From a virus, in the IMG/VR virus record IMGVR_UViG_3300011113_000123, positions 1-64,000 of that record: a stretch of DNA of 64,000 nucleotides. One strand, 5' to 3'. This document shows positions 10,766-20,314 of this stretch, piece after piece. The number at the start of each line of letters is the position of its first letter. Position 1 is the first letter of the stretch. Made by a program: the position numbers and the translations under genes. The notes beneath the pieces are model-generated. The model saw only the letters and a program-made list of their open reading frames with translations. It searched no databases and was not told where the DNA came from.

Positions 10766-12292
10766 ATGTTTCTAGGATTCCTAGCAAGACCAACAAAAGT
10801 CGTTAATATCAGCAATGCTGCTAGTAACGTAAATCTCTACACTCAAGCGGGAAGTCCACCTTATCCGCTCAACTTGCTATGTTTTATCAACGCAGCCGTA
10901 TCATCTAACTCGCCCTCTACACCCGCGTTCGACGTAGGAACAGGATGGAGGGGTGGAACTTTCGTTTACGTTGATAACAACAATACGATCACTGGTCGAA
11001 TCGGAAATACAGGAAATCCAGGTAACACAGGTAATCCAGGAACTAATGCTCTACCTGGTGCACCAGGCAATCCAGGCAACACAGGAACTCCAGGCAACCC
11101 AGGATCAGCAGGGAATCCAGGAACAGCAGGCAATCCAGGCAATCCAGGAACAGCAGGTAATCCAGGTAACACAGGAACTCCAGGAAACAGCGGCGCTGGT
11201 GGAGCCGGTGCTGCTGGAAACACGACAGCCAACGGAAGTGCTGGCTCACCAGGAAACGCTGGTGGCCCAGGTGGAACTGGAAATAATGGCGGAACTGGTG
11301 GACCAGGGAATAACGGGGGAACAGGCAACTCTGGAATTCCAGGAAATCAAGGCGGTCCAGGTGGAACTGGTAATCCAGCTGGTGCAACTACTCCAGCGAA
11401 TCCAGGCGGACCAGGTAATGCTGGCGGCACAGGAGGAACAGGTGGAGCTGCGTTCGCTGTTCCTTCAGTGACTGGATTGATAACAGTTGTAGATAATGGC
11501 GGCGGTACATTCACTGGAGGAACTGGCGGTCCAGGCGGTCCAGGCGGTCCAGGAGGACCTGGTGGCGCTTTTGCTTTTGGTGCACCAGGCGGACCTGGGG
11601 GCCCAGGCGGTCCAGGAGGTCCTGGTGGCGCAGGCGGACCAGGTGGAGCCGGCGGACCAGGAGGCCCAGGTGGTGCGCGCGGACCTGGCGGACCTGGAGG
11701 TCCTGGTGGTTCTGGCGGCGGTGGCGGCGGTGGCTCAGCAGGAACGTATAGTGACGGTAAAGGCAGTAGCGATTCTGTTCGTCCTGGTGGCGGCGGTGGC
11801 GCAGGCGTACCAGGCGGCCCTGGAGGAGCTGGAGCCGGTGTTGGTGGAAACCCTGGCGCTGCAGGAACAGCTAATGCTGGTGGAGCTGGTGGCGTTCGAT
11901 CATTAGGTAATCCTGCTGAGCAGCGTTTTGGTGGCAATGGTGGAAACTTGGGTGCAGCGGGTAATCCTGGGCAAAACGCTGGTAATGGTGGTAGTGGGAG
12001 AACGCTTGGTGGTGGTGGTGGTGCTGCGGGCGCAACTGGACCAGCAGGAGCTCCAGGTAATGCGGGTGCTACTGGACCAGCAGGAACTCCAGGTAATGCG
12101 GGAACGCCTGGTTCTACAGGTCTTACAGGCGTTACAGGACCAACTGGACCTGGTGGTTTGTTTGCTCCAGCAGGATCGACAGGCCCAGCTGGCGCAACTG
12201 GTCCAACAGGATCACAAGGTAATGCTGTAACTGGCAACGCAAATATAACTAGATACATAGCAACAGGAACTAGAAACGGACCAATAGCATGA
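10766..12292 (+). CDS. gp38-like glycine-rich adhesin with expanded Gly-X-Y tracts
   Basis: [15 protein letters not shown]...VDNGGG, poly-Gly and terminal [11 protein letters not shown]...GTRNGPIA frame resembles T-even gp38; long GNP/GGP/GAT triplet runs. Confidence 0.65.
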   Translation: MFLGFLARPTKVVNISNAASNVNLYTQAGSPPYPLNLLCFINAAVSSNSPSTPAFDVGTGWRGGTFVYVDNNNTITGRIGNTGNPGNTGNPGTNALPGAPGNPGNTGTPGNPGSAGNPGTAGNPGNPGTAGNPGNTGTPGNSGAGGAGAAGNTTANGSAGSPGNAGGPGGTGNNGGTGGPGNNGGTGNSGIPGNQGGPGGTGNPAGATTPANPGGPGNAGGTGGTGGAAFAVPSVTGLITVVDNGGGTFTGGTGGPGGPGGPGGPGGAFAFGAPGGPGGPGGPGGPGGAGGPGGAGGPGGPGGARGPGGPGGPGGSGGGGGGGSAGTYSDGKGSSDSVRPGGGGGAGVPGGPGGAGAGVGGNPGAAGTANAGGAGGVRSLGNPAEQRFGGNGGNLGAAGNPGQNAGNGGSGRTLGGGGGAAGATGPAGAPGNAGATGPAGTPGNAGTPGSTGLTGVTGPTGPGGLFAPAGSTGPAGATGPTGSQGNAVTGNANITRYIATGTRNGPIA

Positions 12293-12708
12293 ACCTATAT
12301 TACAAGATTGTTGAAGTTTGGCCTCAGGATCATCTTGTCGTTATCAGATACTGGACTGATGCGCTTTCAGAAGAGTTTCTAGCAAGCAATGATATTCGTA
12401 AGGAAGATGGAACACCAGAAAGATGTCGTTCTGACGTTTCTGTCACGCTTCCTATTCCAGCTCCAGAAGGCGAAGAGCTCGAAAAGCTATTAGTTTCCTA
12501 TGCTCCTCTTGGTTGGCTGAAGACTTTAGAAAGTGTGCATAATCCTGAAGTCGATACTAGTCTTACGCAAGTGCAATCATTGCTTGGTGTGGCTAAAGCA
12601 AAGCCATTGACGGAAGTTGAAGAAATAGTAAATCCTGGTGCATCAAGCCGTCAGCTGACTGATGAAGAAATTACAGCATTGATTAACAACGTCAAAACGA
12701 GCGAATGA
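12289..12708 (+). CDS. Hypothetical protein (possible fibre assembly chaperone)
   Basis: ATGA overlap with adhesin stop; acidic 139 aa. Confidence 0.55.
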   Translation: MNLYYKIVEVWPQDHLVVIRYWTDALSEEFLASNDIRKEDGTPERCRSDVSVTLPIPAPEGEELEKLLVSYAPLGWLKTLESVHNPEVDTSLTQVQSLLGVAKAKPLTEVEEIVNPGASSRQLTDEEITALINNVKTSE

Positions 12709-13724
12709 ACATATTTTACTATGACGACAGCTTCAACATTTACAGAAACCAGCTTGACGCCATAGCTTCCAAAAAGCATTGTTGGTTATATTTTCATGAC
12801 AAGGAGATGGCTCTAGTTGATTGGAAAACAGAGCCATCTCAAACATTAGAACAACTCTATAAAGCTCGTGCAGAGTATATCAGAGACAATAACAAGTACA
12901 TTATACTATGCTATTCAGGTGGGCACGATTCAACCAACATTCTAGAAACTTTTTACTATAACAACATTCATATCGATGAAATCCTTGTTGTGGGTGCATT
13001 GTCGCAAGACTCTCACGAAGGAAGCGACGAAAATCATAATGGAGAGTTGTATAAAAACGTTTTCCCTACACTGAACAAGCTCAATTTACCTAACACTAAG
13101 ATAACGATCGCTGACTATACAAAATGGTTCAACGATCCTAATAACTTTTCGACGATTCGCTTATATGGTAACGAGTGGACTAAACATGTGGGTGGATTCA
13201 AGAGCGTGCATACTTTGTTTTGGCGTGATCTTAAGAAATTCGTTGGTCACGAAAACTCAAAGCAAACAGCATACATCATGGGTACTGATAAAGTCTATCT
13301 TAAATATCAAGTCAACGAACCATCTTATGTTAGATTCACAGATCTTTCGTTCTTTGATTACGGGTCAAACTACGAAGATGAAAACTTCAAGCGCATAAAT
13401 TTCTATACGGATGCTCATTCGACAGCGACTGATATTACTCGAAAGCAAGCACATGTTGTTAATAGATATTACAAATCGGGGCTAAACTTAGCTTTGTCTC
13501 ATACCAACTTGATAAACAAACTTTTATACAGTCTGCGAAATCCGTTGGTCTATATGTCGCCTAAATCAATATACACTTCGATCAGCGCACGAGATATGTT
13601 CATGCTCAACGCAAAAAACTCTGAGATGTACAGTATGTTTGCTGAAGGTGTTAAGACTATATCTAAATATGCGTCAGTTAAAGAAAAGCATAGCTTTTGG
13701 ACTAAACCCTATTATATCGAATGA
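12705..13724 (+). CDS. PP-loop (adenine nucleotide alpha-hydrolase) ATP pyrophosphatase #1
   Basis: IILCYSGGHDST = SGGxDS PP-loop. Confidence 0.7.
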   Translation: MNIFYYDDSFNIYRNQLDAIASKKHCWLYFHDKEMALVDWKTEPSQTLEQLYKARAEYIRDNNKYIILCYSGGHDSTNILETFYYNNIHIDEILVVGALSQDSHEGSDENHNGELYKNVFPTLNKLNLPNTKITIADYTKWFNDPNNFSTIRLYGNEWTKHVGGFKSVHTLFWRDLKKFVGHENSKQTAYIMGTDKVYLKYQVNEPSYVRFTDLSFFDYGSNYEDENFKRINFYTDAHSTATDITRKQAHVVNRYYKSGLNLALSHTNLINKLLYSLRNPLVYMSPKSIYTSISARDMFMLNAKNSEMYSMFAEGVKTISKYASVKEKHSFWTKPYYIE

Positions 13725-14167
13725 GCTACATCCTAGTTTTCCTATTATGGACATTCGTCATATACTGGATGCACAGGCTCGCGCACGTGCTCCCGTACAT
13801 GCGCGCGTATCACAACGATCATCATAAGCAGGTTACTCAGCAAACTATAACTGGTCTTAACTGGAAGAACGCTTTCCTATGGTTCGATACATGGGAAAGT
13901 ACAGTAGATCAGTGGCTCACAGAAGTCATTCCTACATTCATCCTTTCTGCTGTCACTGGTCACTGGTGGTTGTTTGTTGCATACTATGTGTGGGCTGCGT
14001 TTATTCAGGAAGCTATTGAGCACAATCCAAGAATCAATCTGTATCCATTCATCACTAGCGGTAAGTGGCATCTAGTTCATCACAAAGATCCTACTAAAAA
14101 CTACGGCGTGTTCATCCCAATCTGGGATGTGTTATTCGGAACGAAGTCTGATGGCTACAAAAGATAA
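13721..14167 (+). CDS. Sterol desaturase / fatty-acid hydroxylase family membrane di-iron enzyme
   Basis: His boxes YWMHRLAH, YHNDHH, EH, WHLVHH followed by NYG..WDVLFGT. Confidence 0.85.
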   Translation: MSYILVFLLWTFVIYWMHRLAHVLPYMRAYHNDHHKQVTQQTITGLNWKNAFLWFDTWESTVDQWLTEVIPTFILSAVTGHWWLFVAYYVWAAFIQEAIEHNPRINLYPFITSGKWHLVHHKDPTKNYGVFIPIWDVLFGTKSDGYKR

Positions 14168-14909
14168 CTGGCTTGTGACTAACATAAAGACGAGGCTTAC
14201 TGATCCAACTATAGATTTTAAAGTAGGTCATAGGGTCGAGAGACTTGAGCGATTGTCTTGGGAACAAGCCCTGCTCAATACGATTACAGATTTTGAGCAG
14301 ATATCTAAGAAGCTGTATATTCCACTAAGCGGTGGGATGGATTCAGAGTTTGTGTTTAATTGTCTTAGACATCTTAATCCAACTCCTATCATAGTAGACA
14401 CCCCAGCTAATAAACTAGAATCTGCTTATGCATTTCACTATTGTAGGAAACATAATCTAACGCCTGTTGTTCTAGAACGATCTGAGTATGATTTGCTTCG
14501 CGTCTATATTGAAGATATCTTTACGAAGATAAATGGTGTAGGAGCTAGCTCAGTCGCATCATTATTGGCAGCCAAGTACGCTGAACAAAATGAAGGCGTT
14601 GTTGTAATAGGTGAGCACGCATACGACGGTGTCAGTGAATGGGATTTCTATAATGATGCGCTGATTCATGAACTCAACAGCGCATACTTCTTTATGTGGA
14701 CTCCTGAATTGGTTGATGCTATGCAACGAGAATATCGTGGCGAAGATCATCAAGAGTTTAAGCATAGATTGTATGAGATTCCCTACAGACCTAAGATGAT
14801 CTATCAATACAGCGATGCGTTTGAAAATGTGCTGCGGAATTTGAACGAAGCTAGAAAATCAAGACCAAACACGAAAAGCGAAATCACATTTAATGTAGGA
14901 AACGATTAA
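14151..14909 (+). CDS. PP-loop ATP pyrophosphatase #2 (asparagine-synthase-like)
   Basis: LYIPLSGGMDSE motif; VVVIGE. Confidence 0.7.
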   Translation: MATKDNWLVTNIKTRLTDPTIDFKVGHRVERLERLSWEQALLNTITDFEQISKKLYIPLSGGMDSEFVFNCLRHLNPTPIIVDTPANKLESAYAFHYCRKHNLTPVVLERSEYDLLRVYIEDIFTKINGVGASSVASLLAAKYAEQNEGVVVIGEHAYDGVSEWDFYNDALIHELNSAYFFMWTPELVDAMQREYRGEDHQEFKHRLYEIPYRPKMIYQYSDAFENVLRNLNEARKSRPNTKSEITFNVGND

Positions 14910-15826
14910 TGAAGTTTATACTTTTATCATTGTTGCTGATGATAGTCAATCCTGCGTTGGCTAAAGAAACAGTAACCGTATATTCTAAGTTCAATCTTAC
15001 AGATGTTGGATCACGACAGATCGATGCGTTCGTAGATATGTTGAATCAGAATAGCAATAAGTACGAGTTCAGAATAAGATCATTGCCTGGCGCATTTGGC
15101 GAAGCATCAGTTCGTCGATCTATAGTGGATGCTAGATCAGGCGTCAAGGTTCTATTGTTCAATACGGTTGATATCGTAACGGTGCTCAAAGAGTTAGAAA
15201 ATAAGGACCCCGATTTTGTTTATGATAAAAGCGTTGATCTAATACCATTACAGGGCATTTCGTCGACGTTTCATGGATTGTTTGCGCGCCCTGAAATTGG
15301 TGACATAGATTCACTGATCGTTCAGCTCAGAAAAGAGCCGCAGTTTTTCTATGGATATACGTCAAACGCAGTAGTACCAAAGTTGTCTGCGGATTCATTT
15401 ATCAAGCATCACAAGTTGACTAACGGTAAGCTCGTTCTATACAAAAGTCAATCTGATCTTGAGCTAGCTGTTCTGAACGGAGAAATTAGGTTTGCTGTTG
15501 GGAGCGTGACACAAGCTATCAGCGATAACAATCTTAAGCTGTTGTTGAGTACAAGTAAATCTAGGAGCCAGTTCTATCCAGAAACTCCAACGGGTATCGA
15601 AAAGGGTGTACTGAACTTTAAATATAACGCGCAAACAGTTTTGTTTATTCCTAAAGAGCTTGCTGCATTTGGGCAAGAAATGTCTGCAACCCTGAAATCC
15701 GTATGCGACAGTCGTGAATATGGTAAGATACTGACTTCGCTCAGAAGAACCCAAAGCTGTTTGACTAGCGATCAGCTGAAAGAATTTATCGAAGAAGAGT
15801 ATGGTTGGTATCTAGCTAATAAATAG
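14909..15826 (+). CDS. Bug/TctC-like periplasmic solute-binding protein (divergent)
   Basis: Signal peptide (..NPALA); LPGAFG, DLIPL, LYKSQSDLELAVLNGEI, RSQFYPETPT match the TctC pattern. Confidence 0.65.
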   Translation: MKFILLSLLLMIVNPALAKETVTVYSKFNLTDVGSRQIDAFVDMLNQNSNKYEFRIRSLPGAFGEASVRRSIVDARSGVKVLLFNTVDIVTVLKELENKDPDFVYDKSVDLIPLQGISSTFHGLFARPEIGDIDSLIVQLRKEPQFFYGYTSNAVVPKLSADSFIKHHKLTNGKLVLYKSQSDLELAVLNGEIRFAVGSVTQAISDNNLKLLLSTSKSRSQFYPETPTGIEKGVLNFKYNAQTVLFIPKELAAFGQEMSATLKSVCDSREYGKILTSLRRTQSCLTSDQLKEFIEEEYGWYLANK

Positions 15827-15856
15827 CAAACGTTACACCGACAACGAGGAAGTAGT

Positions 15857-17020
15857 ATGCCACTAGGATCAAAAGCCATTATGTACAATGTTACTTTCCG
15901 TAACATTATGACTAGATCTAGATGTCAAGGATATAAAAATGTTCTTGATCTTCTTATGGAAGTATGCAGAACTAGAGCCGATGGTGGCGTTATCGCTGAT
16001 CGAACTGGCACGTTTCAGGGTATGATTAAGACTGAAACGGAAACGATTCCTTCAATTCCAAACAATTTCACTAAGACCTTTGAGGATATATGTAACGAAC
16101 GAGCAGCTGAGCTCATCGCGACAAACAAAGAACTGATTGTCACGTGGTCTGGTGGCATCGACTCTACAGGCGTTTTGGTTTCACTGATCAAAGCTGCTGG
16201 TGCTAATACTGACCAGATCAAAGTTAAGTTTGAGCGTCGTTCTATTGACGAGAATCCAGACTTCTATAACAATCACATCAAAGACAAGCTGAACCATGAA
16301 ATCTTTACAGAATACTTTCCTACAAGATGTCTTCCGAGTTCTAATCAGCTTGTGATTGGTGGTGATAATACTGCACAGATCTTTGGTATGTCAAAGACAT
16401 CTTTCATGGATAATCGTTTCGATCCGTGGCAGCCATATGTTCGAAGCAAACTTTCCGATTTTGAATATAACATCTTTATGGAACAGGCGCCACTGCAATA
16501 TGCAAACGCGCCATTCCCAATTGAAACGATTTTTGATTTGCATTGGTGGACTGCGTTCAGTATGAGATGGAGCAATCCACAGATTCGTATGTGGAGAGTA
16601 TCTAACGACTACAACGAAGAGATGTTCAGAAACACGATACCATTCTATGGATCTCAAGATTTTCAGATCTGGAGTCTACTGAATCATGATAAGAAGGTTG
16701 GTAATGACCCAACATCATACAAGTCTGTTATTAAGGACATCATCTACGATTATGACGGCAACGATAATTATTATGATAATAAAGTTTCAGTAACTTCTGG
16801 AGCTGCGACTTCATCGGAAGATGCAGCATTCAATAACGCTGAAACGTATTCTGCAAGAATCATGAATAACGAGTTGCCAATTCTCGTAGACAATAACTTC
16901 AATCGCTACTATCGTAGCGATGTTGTTTCTAATCTGAATATGTTCGATCCTATTCTAGGCATCTTTAATGAGAGCGGAACGTTTAGCCCCGACTCTGAAT
17001 GGTATAAAGAACCAGAATAA
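15857..17020 (+). CDS. PP-loop ATP pyrophosphatase #3
   Basis: LIVTWSGGIDST; VIGGDNTAQIFG; PFYGSQDFQIW; K..IKDIIYDY. Confidence 0.7.
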   Translation: MPLGSKAIMYNVTFRNIMTRSRCQGYKNVLDLLMEVCRTRADGGVIADRTGTFQGMIKTETETIPSIPNNFTKTFEDICNERAAELIATNKELIVTWSGGIDSTGVLVSLIKAAGANTDQIKVKFERRSIDENPDFYNNHIKDKLNHEIFTEYFPTRCLPSSNQLVIGGDNTAQIFGMSKTSFMDNRFDPWQPYVRSKLSDFEYNIFMEQAPLQYANAPFPIETIFDLHWWTAFSMRWSNPQIRMWRVSNDYNEEMFRNTIPFYGSQDFQIWSLLNHDKKVGNDPTSYKSVIKDIIYDYDGNDNYYDNKVSVTSGAATSSEDAAFNNAETYSARIMNNELPILVDNNFNRYYRSDVVSNLNMFDPILGIFNESGTFSPDSEWYKEPE

Positions 17021-17025
17021 TATGA

Positions 17026-17637
17026 TTAGATGAACTTGGGTCCAAGGCACCATACAACCAATGACTTACGATTACCTTTAGTTACTGGCGTCACACGATG
17101 AATCATAAAGGACGGGAAAAGAACAGCCCGTCCTTTATGCATTGGGACTATCAGCGGTGTTTCTTCCTTACCGTTATTGATTTGAAACTCACCACCCTCA
17201 AAATCATCGTTGAGCGCGAGCGAAAGTGACAGCTTACGCGGCTCTGCATCGTTACCAAACTTTTCACCAAACGTCATATCTGTGTGCCAGTCGTATCGAC
17301 CATTCGAGTCGTAGGTTGTATACTGGAACGAATCATAACCATTCAGGTGAAAGTTATAGAACTGTTCGTTTGCAGCCTGAATGATAAAGTTCAGCTTATC
17401 AAAAATCCACGCCGTATTTTCGTTTCTTTCATGAAACTTGACGTTCGACACGCGATGCTTCTCGATGTCTTCTTTTGATTGAGCACCAAACGTAACACCT
17501 TGCTCTGTACCAGATGAATCGCAATAATCAACAATAGCCTTGAGTTCTTCATCAGTAAACGCGCCGTCCCAAGTCACATAAGGGAACGTGATCTGCGAAC
17601 GCTGCCAGGGATTATTGTATATTGTCGTGTATGTCAA
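17026..17637 (-). CDS. 2OG-Fe(II) oxygenase (prolyl-4-hydroxylase/PKHD-like)
   Basis: YDWHTD (HxD), RKLSLSLALN..FEGGEF, FPSFMIHRVTPVTKGNRKSLVVW. Confidence 0.9.
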   Translation of the reverse strand: MTYTTIYNNPWQRSQITFPYVTWDGAFTDEELKAIVDYCDSSGTEQGVTFGAQSKEDIEKHRVSNVKFHERNENTAWIFDKLNFIIQAANEQFYNFHLNGYDSFQYTTYDSNGRYDWHTDMTFGEKFGNDAEPRKLSLSLALNDDFEGGEFQINNGKEETPLIVPMHKGRAVLFPSFMIHRVTPVTKGNRKSLVVWCLGPKFI

Positions 17638-18317
17638 AACTGTCTCCAGTTGCTTACAGGTTGAATACCAAGCGGGCTTGCTGTTTTATTTTTGTATGTG
17701 AGAACGACGTCTGCCGCAAGACATATACGATTTTCGTTTAGTTCTGCGAATGTAGGATTGCCTTTATCCTCACCATTCGTTTGACCAATCGTATCGTGTG
17801 GGAGCGTAGAAGGAAACACTAGCAGCTGCCCCTCGACTGGCTCAAACTGCCATGTGTATGCGTTGAACCAATCCCACGTATCGTTTTTATTATTCCATCT
17901 GATTGAGCCTGGATATGGCTCATGACGACGTTCATAGTTGAAGAAACGGATTGGGCGAACGAACGTCGTCGGAACATTTACGTAGTAAGTGAACGACACG
18001 TGTGCGTCCCCATGCGCGTGATACGGCGTTGAGTCGTCCTTCTTGATATTCATCCACGTCTTCACGAGATTGAACTCAAACTTATCCGTGTCGATGTGTA
18101 GTCGCCTTACGTATTGCTTCACGCAGTCGATAGCGAACGTGAAGAACGGATTGAACGACTCTTCATGATGGATATTGACGTGACCAGTGAACTCGTTAGA
18201 GTAACCTTCTGGCGTCATGTAGTTGAAGATCTTCTGATAAAATAGATCTTTGAACTGATCTTTCTTATCGTAATGGAACTCGCATACTAGGGTAGGGAAT
18301 AGAGCATGTTCAATCAT
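17634..18317 (-). CDS. Putative 2OG-Fe(II) oxygenase (TIGR02466-like)
   Basis: LFPTLV N-terminus, WMN, HAH...SFTYYV, EGQLLVFPSTLPH, RICLA. Confidence 0.8.
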   Translation of the reverse strand: MIEHALFPTLVCEFHYDKKDQFKDLFYQKIFNYMTPEGYSNEFTGHVNIHHEESFNPFFTFAIDCVKQYVRRLHIDTDKFEFNLVKTWMNIKKDDSTPYHAHGDAHVSFTYYVNVPTTFVRPIRFFNYERRHEPYPGSIRWNNKNDTWDWFNAYTWQFEPVEGQLLVFPSTLPHDTIGQTNGEDKGNPTFAELNENRICLAADVVLTYKNKTASPLGIQPVSNWRQF

Positions 18318-19288
18318 TTTTCACTCTGTAGCGATCTGAGTTTATTTAATACTGATGCTGATGCGTTCGCAGAAGTAGCTATGATTTGCTCGGCTTGTTC
18401 GCCTGTGATGAGCTGAACTTCCATCCTTGATTTAGTCGCTTCTGCTATGTATGCTGGATCATTTACCGCTTTATTGAATGCTTCGCGTAACTCGCGAACT
18501 CTGGCTGCTGGAACGCCTGGAGGAGCGATGAATGGTCTCAGTAGAATGAACTGCGTTTCGAAGATATCGAGGATAGCAAGATCTTCTTCGTTCGTAATTA
18601 GCTCAGCGAATGTAGGTACATCCTTGAAGTCTGGATGGCGAATCTTAGCGTTACCAAATTGCATCAGCGCGCGGATGCCGCTGTTAGATTCTGTCCACTG
18701 TGTCTGTGTTCTGATTCCTAATAGATTGAAGATAACTGCATCAACTTCTTTGCGTTCCAGAGCTAGTCGAGCTGCACCTGGGTTAGCGTATCCCGCAATC
18801 TGTCTGAAGTTGAGCCCTAACGAGTTTCGAATGAACTTCGTCGAGTCAGCCGATACGATACTCTCAGTGCCGACGATCAGTTCTTTTGTCTTAAACTCGC
18901 TCAGAGATTCTGTCCTGTGGGTCCATACAATGACTGCATCTTTACGCCCATCAACGGTAGACCCTAGCCAGTTGAACTTGGTAGGGTCAAACATAATCGT
19001 AGGACCACCCAAGATACCTACGAGCGGAATGTTCTTATACACTGTAGCAATCGTTCCGCCGTCGCGTGGGGCTACGTTATACATGTAATTTGTAGCGACC
19101 AAGCTAGACGCTCCAGGCATAACTTGAATGACTGGAGAAGGTTTTTCGGGAAGATATTTGGCTATGTGTGGGGCTATGATTCTAGCATTGATGTTATAGC
19201 TATCTGCAGGCGAAGGGGTAATAATACGCAGTTCTTGCGCCATCGCACTCGCAGATAGCGCCAAAAACAAAACTAATGATCTAATCAT
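18314..19288 (-). CDS. Bug/TctC-family tripartite tricarboxylate transporter substrate-binding protein
   Basis: Signal peptide MIRSLVLFLALSASAMA; MPGASSLVATNYMYNVAPRDG, ALERKEVD, RHPDFKDVPT, APPGVPAARVRELREAF. Confidence 0.85.
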   Translation of the reverse strand: MIRSLVLFLALSASAMAQELRIITPSPADSYNINARIIAPHIAKYLPEKPSPVIQVMPGASSLVATNYMYNVAPRDGGTIATVYKNIPLVGILGGPTIMFDPTKFNWLGSTVDGRKDAVIVWTHRTESLSEFKTKELIVGTESIVSADSTKFIRNSLGLNFRQIAGYANPGAARLALERKEVDAVIFNLLGIRTQTQWTESNSGIRALMQFGNAKIRHPDFKDVPTFAELITNEEDLAILDIFETQFILLRPFIAPPGVPAARVRELREAFNKAVNDPAYIAEATKSRMEVQLITGEQAEQIIATSANASASVLNKLRSLQSEK

Positions 19289-19307
19289 ATTATTATATAG
19301 CATCCTT

Positions 19308-19315
19308 ACTAAATA
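19308..19315 (+). promoter_or_regulatory. Variant late promoter (ACTAAATA) upstream of the curli/cyclase operon
   Basis: Same ACTAAATA variant sits upstream of tail tube gene at 32086-32093. Confidence 0.5.
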
Positions 19316-19339
19316 GAATCGTAACCGAAAGGATCGACG

Positions 19340-19618
19340 ATGGACTTTTTCAAGCTCGTTGCCGAGGTTGGTTTTCCTATAGCATCTGCAATAGCAGGCG
19401 GATATTTTGTTTTCCTCACGCTTAAGTTTATTCTAGCTGGTGTTATGTCGAGTGTCAAGGGCCTTTCAGGAATTATCATGGCCCTGGATAATCGCGTAAA
19501 GACCATGAATCACGACGTCATTCGTATTGACACATTGGTTTCCAATGCGCTTGGTTTGAAGCCAGACACGGATCGTATAGCCCGTGCTGATGGTAAGAAC
19601 GACGCAAGGAGAGACTAA
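19340..19618 (+). CDS. Small membrane protein (GFPI motif, TM + coiled coil)
   Basis: LVAEVGFPIASAIAGGYFVF; paralogous to next gene. Confidence 0.65.
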   Translation: MDFFKLVAEVGFPIASAIAGGYFVFLTLKFILAGVMSSVKGLSGIIMALDNRVKTMNHDVIRIDTLVSNALGLKPDTDRIARADGKNDARRD

Positions 19619-19917
19619 TGACTGGCGAAATCGTTAACCTGATTAATAAGTATGGCTTCCCTATCGTGGCTGCTGGCGGAATGGGTTATTTGATTTTCTA
19701 TGTGTGGAAATGGGCCACGCAAGAAATCAAACCAGTTCTGTCAGAAGCAAATACAGTTCTGATCGCATTGATTGATCGTATTCGTATGTTGGATAACGAT
19801 CTTATTCGCCTTAATCAAAAGGTTAATGTCGTATTAACATTACGACAGAAACAAATCGAGGAGATGAAAGATGCTCAGACTAACGACGATAGCGGTGCTG
19901 ATAAGCCTAAGCAATAG
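19618..19917 (+). CDS. Small membrane protein (GFPI motif, TM + coiled coil), paralogue
   Basis: LINKYGFPIVAAGGMGYLIFYVW; ALIDRIRMLDNDLIRL aligns with ALDNRVKTMNHDVIRI of previous gene. Confidence 0.65.
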   Translation: MTGEIVNLINKYGFPIVAAGGMGYLIFYVWKWATQEIKPVLSEANTVLIALIDRIRMLDNDLIRLNQKVNVVLTLRQKQIEEMKDAQTNDDSGADKPKQ

Positions 19918-20314
19918 TTCGTTCGCTTCTGAATTGCAATTTGGCTTTAAGAGTCCTGCGTTTAACGGCGTAGGATACTCTGCTCACGTTCTAACCATTG
20001 AGAATCTCGAACACACGCGTCGTCAGAAGATCTTTGACGATGCGAAAGCTGCTGCGGCTAAAGAAGCAGCAGATGCTAAGAATACGAACTTAGCTAAGTT
20101 TCTAAACAACTTGGAAAGTCGTATCTATGCTACGTTATCACAGAAGATAGCAGAAGAGCTTTTCAAGGATGGTGGGAACACGACAGGCACGTTTGATGTG
20201 GCGGGTAATAACATCTATTGGTCCAGCACTGGGTCAACGATTACGCTACGCATCACAGATCCTGCGGGTAAGGTAACGGAAATAGAAGTTCCATACGGGA
20301 GCTTGGCATGGTAA
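19871..20314 (+). CDS. csgF: Curli assembly protein CsgF
   Basis: Signal peptide then ELQFGFKSPAFNG (cf. CsgF TFQFRNPNFGG); C-terminal ITLRITDPAGKVTEIEVP; directly upstream of csgG. Confidence 0.8.
   Translation: MLRLTTIAVLISLSNSSFASELQFGFKSPAFNGVGYSAHVLTIENLEHTRRQKIFDDAKAAAAKEAADAKNTNLAKFLNNLESRIYATLSQKIAEELFKDGGNTTGTFDVAGNNIYWSSTGSTITLRITDPAGKVTEIEVPYGSLAW

Noticed and set aside
11347-12258. 303-aa Pro-rich minus-strand ORF and other alternate-frame ORFs over the adhesin
   Set aside because: Shadows of GGN/CCN triplet repeats that lack stops; no independent start signals
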